Source of the DNA: Octopus vulgaris | Lineage: Eukaryota | DNA length: 64,000 nucleotides | Assembly (NCBI GenBank): GCA_951406725.2 | Contig: OX597817.1 | Coordinates: 115,196,001-115,260,000 of the forward strand | Direction of reading: 5' to 3' | Shown: positions 1 through 10,700 of the stretch, in pieces | Position numbering within the stretch: the first letter of the stretch is position 1 | Layout: the number at the start of each line of letters is the position of its first letter | Program-made: the position numbers and the translations under genes | The notes under the pieces: generated by a model | Database searches by the model: none | What the model was told of the DNA's origin: nothing | What the model saw: the letters and a program-made list of their open reading frames with translations, nothing else

Positions 1-19
1 CAATTATATACAGCCTTTC

Positions 20-300
20 TCGCTTTCTGTGTATTCATATAGATTCTGGTTACTGAAAATTTATAAGAGACGAGCAATGTTTCGGAACTGGAGAGTTGCT
101 GCTACACTGCACTTTCCACCATTAGTGTGCATGCGAATACTATGTTGGAACTGTAAACCTTGTAGTTTGTTGCGACAAAAAACTATATCTTTACATATAC
201 AGTTGGTCTTCCGTTTTGAAATTTCGCTTTTGTTGAACAGATTATCTGTAATTGTTGAACGTATGGAAACTGCATCGATAAAACTTTTTCGTGGCATTTA
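20..300 (-). mobile_element. Possible highly decayed Penelope-like GIY-YIG C-terminal fragment
   Basis: Frameshifted minus-strand peptides (TNCICKDIVFCRNK..G, CSVAATLQF..YKFS) loosely parallel the C-terminus of the intact Penelope ORF in this window (TNFTCASENLIY.., CAGN..PLYKFS). Weak match, by eye only. Confidence 0.25.
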
Positions 301-989
301 TAGTATGCTTATACTGGATGGAAAAAGACTGGTGACCCAGAGAGAATTTATATCGTCCAGGAGAGAACTGATATATGATTCACGTAATAATGTTGCTGTT
401 TATTTCCGGTATTAGGTGACGACATTTAGTATGATGTTACCAAATATATGAAAAATTGTAAACGAATTAAACTGAATGTGGCTAAGGCGGAAAAACCTCT
501 AATCTTCATAAAGAAGCTGTGTAGCAGCTACGGACACAATTCGGGCTTGAACGGAACAGATCATCTTAAATTATCTTTGTGCTGTGATTTGATTTTGTAG
601 CTATATCGTCTACGTTTGCTGCAAAATCTGTACAATGTGCAACAACCACAGTGACCACAACAACAGCAGCATCACCAACAACGACAACAACAGTCACTAC
701 GACAACAGCACCGCCACCACCAACAACAGAAATAATATCAACAACGAAGGAAGGAAAGAAAAAAGAAAGAAAGAAACGGAGAACTAATGAATGGGTATAC
801 GTTAACCTTCCATACTAAGAAGAGAAAATAGAAAACAAGATAAGGAATGGCATCAAAAGGCCTGGTCTCCCTGTCAGAATCACGAGATGAGGCCACACCC
901 TTAGATACTACCCCACACAAACAACACACTGGATACATGCTGTTTGAACCAATGCCCTATCAAAGAAAACTAGTCGACGAACAGCGTCC

Positions 990-1385
990 GACTGTCTTAA
1001 ATTTCATGTTGCGTACGAAATGATGTGTTCTTGCAGCGAAACATGTAACGGATCTATAAAGCGAGAACTTCGCGTCAGAGTAAAGGAACACATCCACAAG
1101 ACCACACCACCCAGCGTCGTATTCTAACACCACCAACATTGTAATGGGGATTTCTCTACCCGCATTCTAGTAAAGGGAACGGATGCAGTCAATCTCCGAA
1201 TAAAGGAGGCAGATTTCATTAAAAAGATGTTCAACCTTAACCGCCGGAATGAAGTAGACGGATAGAGATTCATATACTGCTTTGACAAACGCCCACAATA
1301 GCCACTACATAAAACACAGAACGTCTGATGAAGTATCCTTGATCCGAATGCGCTAATGAATGTAAATTTAAATTTAAATTTAAAC
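990..1385 (+). mobile_element. Penelope-like element 3' remnant: degenerate GIY-YIG endonuclease plus pLTR with decayed hammerhead motif
   Basis: 990-1265 translates DCLKFHVAYEMMCSCSETCNGSIKRELRVRVKEH..VF*HHQHC..FSTRILV..LRIKEADFIKK..LNRRNE, a decayed PLE GIY-YIG pattern. It is followed by CTGATGA..GAATGCGC at 1325-1352. Confidence 0.7.
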
Positions 1386-1435
1386 GAACATCTAGCAACA
1401 CAGGTATATGCATATCACACGTCACTAGTAGGCGG

Positions 1436-1580
<145 letters not shown>

Positions 1581-2578
1581 GCCTTAAACCATTAGACATT
1601 ACTACTTTAAAACTTTAAAACCATAAAACTTTGAAATTCTATAACTTCATGACTGAAGATTTAATAAAAGATTTCAGAGATTCGTGGGAAATTCTGGAGA
1701 ATTTTCTGCGAAATTTTTGGAAATCTTTGTAAATTTTTGAAACTTTTTCGTGTTGTCTGCATTTTTCCAAATACTTCGAGTAATTTGAGGTTTGTGTAAT
1801 CTAGTAAAAACTCTTACCTTTCCACACTGTCTCATGTTTTCATTTTTTCATTTTCTGTTTCTCAATTTTTCCTTTTTAATTTCCTTCTGTCTTGTCCATA
1901 AGTGCCTTTGGCGTCTATTAACTTCTCTTAATTTTTTAAAATTTCGCTTGGTGTCCTCTACTTTTATTCTGATGCAATACTTCACTCTCCTCTTTTCCCT
2001 TCCCAGCTTCTACTAACGGCGTTACCCTGTTGTCTTTCTAGACCGTAATGTTTGTAGTATATTTGTTTTTTTGTGTGTAAGTAGACTGATGGCTAGGTAT
2101 GATGCAGGAAAGAAAATTGATAAATTTGGTACCAACTTCTTTCGTATAGTGTAGATTTCTAGATAGAAGTAGATATAATGGCGTAATAATTCGTAACTCA
2201 GCATGATGAATGCTGCTGTGACTGCAATGTGATCCATGTATTCGTGTTGAGATGTTCAGATCTGGTGTTAGTAAAGGTTAAACAGTCGGGGTGAGAGGAC
2301 GTAGCCTTATGATTTATTTTCAGCATGGTTGGTTGAGGATTTCTGAGCTGCCAGTTGTGTTTAGTAAAATGATGCAGTTGAAGTAAATCTGTTATGAATA
2401 GAATATGTATTTAGTGAGGTTGCTGTTGTGTATCTTAAGTAATGAGTAAGAATGCCGATGCAATTAAAGCTGTAATTATTGTTTAATGCCCAAATCAAAT
2501 TTTATTTCAGAATGATTAAAACCGTTCCAACTGTAACATTCTCTTTATTTTTCCTGACATAATATATGTAATAGTATA

Positions 2579-2769
2579 GGGCAGCGAGATGGAAGAATCG
2601 TTAGCAAGCCGGGCAAAGTGCTAAGCAGCATTTTGTCCGTCCCTACGTTCTGTTTTCAAATTCTTTCGAGGTCGACTTTACTTTTCATCCTTTCAGAGTC
2701 GATTAATTAAATACCAGTCAATGTTACCGACTTAATCCCTACCCCTTGTGCCAGAATTTGAAATCAATA
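2579..2769 (+). mobile_element. tRNA-derived SINE, family A (MetaSINE-like central domain)
   Basis: Has an A-box-like head, a B-box-like TTCAAATT and the central motif GTCGACTTT..TTTCATCCTTTC..GTCGAT. Homologous copies at 18606, 51601 and 57380. Confidence 0.85.
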
Positions 2770-3740
2770 TATGTAGTATTACATTATACAATATCATATT
2801 AAGGTAAGGGTCATTAACATGTATGACAAGAGATTTGCTGGCTATTTCTAGCAGTTCGTTCGACCACGCATAGGCGCTACCATTGACTGGTGCTGTGAGT
2901 ATTACGTAATTTCTGTGGATTACGTGACTAGCTGTATCATTTAGTTGATGGTGTGTCTGATGTACTCAATGCGTCTGAAGTGGTTGTTAGCATGCTGTGG
3001 ACGTTGTGTTTGATCTGATTGGTGCCACGTTTCTGATGCAGCCAGGTCAATATCGCGTGTGATACACTGATAGCTTGGTGAGGTTCTTATGATAACTTTA
3101 TCTGATATAACCAGTGGGTGGGCTTGGTATTTGATATTTGCAACGCTTTTCCAATGTACTTGTTATTTTAATACGATTAATGGTGCTGTTGCAGCTGCAG
3201 TTATTGTTACTGCTATTTTCTATTTCATGTCTCTTCTCTGACAGTTGTTGTTATTTACACACACAACACTATGCTGATAGGAACCGAGTGTAAATGGTGC
3301 TGATAAATCTCCTGTCTGACCCTCATTGCTAGATAATTAATGACTGCCCATGTCAAACGAACAGTTTGTCGCTCTTCTGTGAAACCAACTTCAGAGCAAC
3401 AATAATTAATATCTTAAACATTCTCAGAATCCACTGCTACTATCAGCACCAGTACCAACACCAAGAACAACACCAACAACATCATCATGACCACTAAGAC
3501 TAAAGCAAAGAGAACAGTCTGTTACACCCCCATCACCATCGTTAACATCGGTAGCAGTAGTAACCCCACCAGACCAATTCCAGTGAGAAAAAACATCAAC
3601 AGCAAAAAAAAACAAAAAAACAAACAAACAGACCTCCCATGAAAATAGCGAATACATGCGACTAATTTAGCAGCAAAATATTCCAAAATTACTAACATCA
3701 ATAGCACCAAAATCGCCAAGACCAACACTAACACCAACGC

Positions 3741-3808
3741 TGTTGTTGCTGCTGCTGCTGCTGCCCCTGCTTCTTTTAACGTTGCGGTCGCAATTGCTGC
3801 TGCTGCTG

Positions 3809-3840
<32 letters not shown>

Positions 3841-3871
3841 GCAGCTGCTGCTGCTGCTGCTTCTGCTGCTG

Positions 3872-3955
<84 letters not shown>

Positions 3956-4035
3956 TAATTGTAACTCATACTGCTATTACAGCTGCTTCTATCACTACTT
4001 GTACAACTGCTGCTGCTGTTGTTGTTGTTGTTGTT
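3741..4035. repeat. (CTG)n/(CTA)n/(TTG)n trinucleotide microsatellite block
   Basis: Direct repeats that account for the poly-S and poly-L ORFs. Confidence 0.95.
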
Positions 4036-4657
4036 AAGCAACAAGACGGGTAAGGGTGATTAGGTAACGGTCTAGGGCTTAGGAGCGGGAGATCCCAGAC
4101 CTTGGAAAAAAACCAACTTTGGTCGTCTTGTTGTAGTCGAGGGCTCTTCGTTGACGCCCGACACCACTGAGAGGTGACTCTCGAACTCGCTGGAAATGGA
4201 CATCTCCAGGTCCAAGTTCTAGAACGGCTGCTGCTGCTGTTGCTCCTTTTGCTGCTGCAACAACTACTACTAAAGTTGCTATTATTACTGTTACCAAGAA
4301 CCTCATTCTTATGATTTCTGTCACGAACGTCGATACACCATCAAACCGTTACTATACTCTATACGCACCCTTCTTCAATGTGCCTACAAATGGAAAGACA
4401 TTGATCAAAGGTGTACCAAGGGAATATCATTGATCAAAGCTCTAATCGACTAGGGCTGATTGTGCAAACAGTGACAACTGGAATAATAACAATAAAACCA
4501 ATTTATTTCTTATCAACCATCATTCTTCACATAAAGGAGAAAGCTTGAATTTTGAGATATAGCAGCTTACTTTCACTAAAACATTCACAGACAGATTTAT
4601 ACAATACATGTATATATATATATATGAGAAAGTTGGTTTGTGAAAGCACGTGGTTGA

Positions 4658-4913
4658 ATATATAGAAAATAGTAAAAAGTGAAAAAACTACAGAAGGCTT
4701 GTTTTAAAAGGTTAAAAATATATATTTGAGTCAATATGTCTGAAGAGTGTTATAAATTTTTTCTTATAATGACATAGTTTAGAAGAAATTTCTTCTAAAC
4801 TATGTCATTGTAAGAAAAAATTTATAACACTCTTCAGACATATTGACTCAAATATATATTTTTTAACCTTTTAAAACAAGCCTTCTGTAGTTTTTTCACT
4901 TTTTACTATTTTC

Positions 4914-4920
<7 letters not shown>
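4658..4920. repeat. 263-bp near-perfect palindrome with no spacer
   Basis: Arms 4658-4788 and 4789-4920 are reverse complements around AGAAGAAA|TTTCTTCT, with one mismatch and one 1-bp indel. Confidence 0.95.
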
Positions 4921-5160
<240 letters not shown>

Positions 5161-5281
5161 TGTTGTATTTCGGGACGATCAATTTATTTATTATTCATTT
5201 TTTTTGCCAAATAAACAAACGCACTACATTCTTTCTTCACTCGTTTATTACTGTTATTTTATTATTTTAACGCTTGCCAAT

Positions 5282-5326
5282 TGTCCGGAAAGGTTTCATC
5301 ACACATTTGTGACCTCTTCAGGGACA
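5282..5326 (-). ncRNA. Minimal type I hammerhead-ribozyme-like motif in a probable Penelope pLTR remnant
   Basis: Minus strand reads TGTCC-CTGAAGA-G-GTCACA(aatg)TGTGAT-GAAAC-CTTTC-C-GGACA. Stems I and II pair and the core is intact, but stem III is degenerate. Confidence 0.65.
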
Positions 5327-5853
5327 CTTTTCATTTCCGTGTGTGTTCTTGCTCCACTTACTCTATTCAGTTCTTCTAAGATGTGTATTCTTATATACGC
5401 ATGCATTTGTGTCCTTTTTGCTTGTGTGTATGTGTGTGCGTGCACGCGTGCGTATGTGTGTATGCTTGTGTGTGTGTGTGTCATAGTTTTTAGCAGCAGT
5501 GAGGATTTCCCCTCAGTCGGCACTGGCACGTCACTTAGACAGATTACAGAATCCACACACATAACAGTAGACAGACCGAGCCTCAATTGAAAACATGAAC
5601 GAAACAATAAAACCCACCACTACACCACACCACATGACTAAAAACAGTAGGGATGTGAAGAGAGAAGGAAAGCGGGAAAAAGGAAAGAAAAACTTTAAAT
5701 ACACAGATACATACAGAGTAATATACACACAATAGACATATATGCACTTACCTGGGATACTTACGAGGAATAGAGATGGATGTATATAATAAATAAATAA
5801 GTAAATGAATATATAAATAGATAAATAAAGGAATATATAAATATATATAAATA

Positions 5854-6019
5854 GGCGCAGGAGTGGCTGTGTGGTAAGTAGCTTGTTTACCAACCACATG
5901 GTTCCGGGTTCAGTCCTACGGCGTGACACCTTGGGCAAGTGTCTTCTACTATAGCCTCGGGCCGACCAAAGCCTTGTGAGTGGATTTGGTAGACGGAAAC
6001 TGAAAAGAAGCCCGTCGTA

Positions 6020-6063
<44 letters not shown>

Positions 6064-6280
6064 TGTGTGTGGTTGTGTGTCTGTGTTTGTCCCCCTAGCA
6101 TTGCTTGATAACTGATGCTGGTGTGTTTGCGTCCCCGTTACTTAGCGGTTCGGCAAAAGAGACTGATAGAATAAGTACTGGGCTTACAAAATAATAAGTA
6201 GCGGGGTCGAGTTGCTCGATTAAAGGCGGTGCTCCAGCATGGCCGCAGTCAAATGACTGAAACAAGTAAAAGAGTAAAAG
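5854..6280 (+). mobile_element. tRNA-derived SINE, family B, full length with internal (TA)n
   Basis: Head GGCGCAGGAGTGGCTGTGTGGTAAG..GGTTCAGTCC, CORE-like ACCTTGGGCAAGT, internal (TA)n at about 6018-6060, and a 3' half ending GAAACAAGTAAAAGAGTAAAAG. Other copies occur in the window. Confidence 0.9.
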
Positions 6281-6918
6281 TGTAAAGAGAGAGATATCTG
6301 CCACATACCTGGGATAAAGGTAAGACAAAGACAGATATTATAAATAAATTAAACTATATAAATTGTATAGATACATATGAAGCGAACCCAAACACACATA
6401 CTCGAAACCTCATAGACGGCCGTATAATGTCAACAACACAACTAACACGGTCAGCAGTAGCGGCGGTGCCGACGAGGACAATAACAACAACAACTACTAC
6501 GATGCAACACCGGTGACGAACACAACTACATAGACGTAACTGTACCTTTCTTTTTATTTTCGCGGGTCATAGAACAGTAGCAGTACAATGAGGCGAGAAG
6601 TAGGGGGCTGAGTGGAAAGTCACACTGATGCTAAAAACTATGACGCACACACACAAGCATATATACACATACACACACACGCATACACACACACACACAC
6701 ACACGCACACACACGCACACAAAGAAACAAACAAGGACACAAACGCTTGCACACATAAGAACTCACATCTTAGACCATCCCGAAATCCAACAATATCTGC
6801 CTCAACACACGATTTTACATCAGTAATCTTGCAAAACAAATATATATATATATCAGCCATGTAACCACACGTACTGTTAGTGATATCTTTCTGTCTCTGG
6901 ACATTTCCGCTTTCCTTT

Positions 6919-6945
6919 CTGATGAAGAGCTTTGCTCGAGATGTC
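6919..6945 (+). ncRNA. Decayed minimal hammerhead motif (probable solo PLE pLTR, about 6850-7055)
   Basis: CTGATGA-A-GAGC(ttt)GCTC-GAGATGTC. Stem II is perfect but GAAAC has changed to GAGAT. Confidence 0.5.
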
Positions 6946-7108
6946 AAGACTCTTTGTTTTCTAGCCTTACCAAGTATACAACTAATACATTCCATGTGCA
7001 TGTTCTCTTGTTGTGTTGCTATTATTATTTTTAATTCTCGATAATTCGATTTGACTATATACATACATGCATACACACACATATATATATATGTATACGT
7101 ATACAAAC

Positions 7109-7199
<91 letters not shown>

Positions 7200-7202
7200 T
7201 AT

Positions 7203-7498
7203 GTGGAGGTGCCATGCCCCGGTGGTTAGAAGAGCGGACTCGCGGTCGTAGGATCGCGGTTTCGATTCCCATACCAGGCGTCGTGAGTGTTTATTGAGCA
7301 AAAACATCTAAAGCTTCACGAGGCTCCAGCAAGGGGGGGGCATCCTTGCTGTACTATTTCGACACAACTTTCTCTCTTTCTTCTGTTGGCCTGGTCGCTT
7401 AGCCAGCGGGGTGGCATCATTTGAAGGCTAAAACAATGCGAAGCGCATTGTGACCAGAGATGTGTAGCAACATCTGATAGCCTGGTCGGTCACGTGAT

Positions 7499-7505
<7 letters not shown>
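7203..7505 (+). mobile_element. tRNA-derived SINE, family C, inserted in (TA)n
   Basis: A box GTGGTTAG and B box GTTTCGATTCC. GC-rich body ends CACGTGATCACGTGA, with (TA)n on both sides. Confidence 0.85.
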
Positions 7506-7547
<42 letters not shown>

Positions 7548-7599
7548 GATTGCATTTATGTGAGACTATATGTTGGCAAATACTGAAATGTACGTAACA

Positions 7600-7780
7600 C
7601 ATGAATCAAAGGAATACCAAGCTGACACCCACGGTTTTACACATGTTTCACAAGCCAAATTTCCTTTCCAAGTGATTAGTCAAATGAAGTTGTGTTAGAA
7701 ATGCAACGGAGTGGGATGGAACATGAAGCAACGTAGTTTCAAAGCAAACATACGAACCAGATCGCAATGCCTACACCCAC
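7600..7780 (-). mobile_element. Old degenerate SINE family B 5' half
   Basis: Reverse-complement similarity to 5854-6015. Confidence 0.45.
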
Positions 7781-10700
7781 TCAGATTCTTATTGTATTCT
7801 TCCGTGACACGAAACCTCATTCTATATAATAATGATATCTAGTCGACTAAATTGGCTTTTTCTAGTATTGGGTTCTATTTTAATGGTTCTGGAGTAGTGA
7901 ATACAAAAAAAAATAAAACAAGATTACTTAGCCCCGCTTTATGCAATATTTCTCAAAACCCTACCAAGCAAAGTACAGGCCGAATGCCCAGAAATTTATA
8001 TCCTAGTTCCCGAGGTTCCGATCTCGATCTCACTGCGTGGCATGTTGGACAAATTTACCACCGTGTAATATAGCACGACTGAAACACTGCAAGTGAACTT
8101 AGATTGACTGTATTTAAGATTCAAATATTCAACACTTGAATCCGTTGATTTGTCCCAGAGAATTGTTCCTTTAAGTGTACATAGTATACATGTCTATGGA
8201 ATGAAAAGCCACTTCCGATTCAATGAATATGAACTTCACTTGATAGAACACGTTGAATACTCATCTTCGATACTGGTGGAAATCCATTTACCATTGTTTC
8301 TAGTATGAAATGATGAGATTTAGGATTCATGAAAGTTAGACAGCTTAGTGTGGGATCAGAAAGGTAATCATTGGTAATGTGTGATTATACTAACACGAGA
8401 AACATAAGAAATGAAAGGTTTCAGTTCGACTGATATTAACCTCTGTTCCTCTGTTTGACATTGATTTGATTCACTGATTACTTCATCTAATAAGAAATGC
8501 TTATATAATGGGATAAGTAAACGAAAATTCCTATAATTCATTCTCTAAGCAATTTCAGGTTTCTACGTACATTCATACTAAATTCCTCAGTGATTTTCTT
8601 ATTACTTCGGCGACTACCGTGAAATCGATGGTTACGAATGTTTTAACAAGTTCAGAGTTGTTTTATATACTTTATATACAAAACATTTAAAATGATATTA
8701 ATCTATGGTTTAAAGCAGGTGAATTAGTGGACTCGTTAGAATATTTGAAAGAGTAGCTTGCTTCATGTAACCTTGTTCTTAGATTTCGAATCCTCCGATA
8801 CCAGCTTTGCATATCATAATTTCACTGTCAAAAAATAGAATGATAATCCAAATTTGGTCGCGAATTTTCGTCTCTTTCTCCGTATCAGATTCATAAATGC
8901 ACCAAGAAAGGAACTTGTGCTACCTAGCCAATCCTTTTACTTTCACTCTGTGGAGGTAATAAGAAAGAAAGGTTAGGTTTAATATTGTTTTTAACGTCTG
9001 CATAATGAATTCCAGTTAGCATCCTGATGCTCCCTAGATATTGACTTAATTATAGTTTTTGTTGTGAATCGAGTATCTGGACAACCTATTCTTTTGTTGT
9101 AAATTCATATGGATACATGAAATCAGGCTCTGTTGAAAGAGGAAATGTTCTATAATTGGGACAATTTCCGGTGCTGATATTGTCTTTGTATTTATTGTAA
9201 GTAGGCCAATGCCATTTTGCAGCCTATGTAGTGATTTATATAAACAAGAAATTACATTTCACTCAATTTAGTAAAGCATTCAATTATTTCGAAAACAATT
9301 TAGAATACTGATAAAATATATTATCGTTAACAAGAATCTGCAGAAACAAATACAGCAGATAAGTCTGTTATGAAAAATATGTAATGAAATCAATAATTAT
9401 TCAATTTATCCTACCAATATAATATAGATTTAAAATCACTGAATGGTTCAGGTTGCTGATTACTAGCTATTGCTCAAATAATTTCTTTATATTCCTCAAG
9501 AGAATAAAATACTGTAGTTACCGCAATTAATTTGAGAAAAAGATCACGGATTGTTGGATCAATAGTTCTTAACCTGAGAGGCAGCAGCTCTTTGTGCAGT
9601 TGTGAGATCCAGGAAGCGGCAAATGTCAGGGGGCGCTACGAAGGTGTCAATCATTTTGAGGATCTGTGATTTTTCTTAGATATACAAATTTAAATCAGGT
9701 AGAATGTATTTTCTATATATTTTCAAAGGTATTTTTGTCGGGATAGAAGATAGTGTGACGAGCAAATATGATATCAGGGTCCAATGTCAAATCTTCATCT
9801 CATCTTTACTGATTATCATCGAACTACTAGTCCACATAAATAGTTATGGTAATGTGTAAGAAAATAGAGATAAAACAATTAATTATATAATTAGCTTCTG
9901 TTTGACTAATATGATTTGAGGGAGTGTTTCTGAAATGACATTCAGTGAAGCCTGACATTGAAAATATGAAACATTACTTTACATGAACAAGCATCGTGTA
10001 GACGGGTGTGGGGTGGGTGAAATTTATTTTCCTGTTAGCGTAGTATAATTGCTGGTGTGCCGTTTCTTGAATTATTCCACGTTTGTCTTTTCAGTAATTG
10101 ATATTCATTGAATATAATGAAATACACACACACACAAATACAATTCTAATGAGATCTACAGGAAGCAAACTAAAAAAGAAAATTAGTTATACTGTACAGA
10201 AAAATAACACTAGGATTTTAAAAAAAATTACGTAACAATTATAATACATAGCTAGACATTATTTGACAGTTAGATAAAGTATTAGACGACTAGATAATAT
10301 ATATTGAGTTAAAACTCTTAGTTGATTCCTTTCGTTTTTAAAAAGAACACTTCAACGTCAGTTCGTTTAAACTAAAGAATGAAGTATATGCATAAAAGTT
10401 TTCCGTTGATAACTATGATAGCTATATCAAGGAATCTAGCTCATGCAGTAAGGGATATTTAACTTGTAGTAGTTAATCGTTGGTCATATAAAACCTTGCT
10501 ATTTATTTAATGATTAACCAAAACGGTTTCTCTGTATGCTGTACAAATACAACCATTTCTTTTATAGCCTGTCAGGTTTGCGTTTTTCCTCACATCTTCA
10601 AACTGTAAAAGCAAGGAAACTTTCAAAATACGTGACAATAGAATAATGGTAATAGACAGAGATGAATCCGTTTAGAGTGTTTTGTGATGTTCCTGTAAGG

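Noticed and set aside
1590-2450. Possible Penelope 5' region on the minus strand
   Set aside because: Only compositional hints, with no diagnostic motif
3667-4044. Poly-Ser/poly-Leu ORFs
   Set aside because: Translations of (CTA)n/(CTG)n microsatellite
7203-7280. tRNA gene
   Set aside because: The tRNA-like head continues into a SINE body and does not form a proper cloverleaf
9560-9830. Possible hAT MITE (CAATAGTTCTTAACC start)
   Set aside because: The matching terminal repeat and 8-bp TSD could not be confirmed
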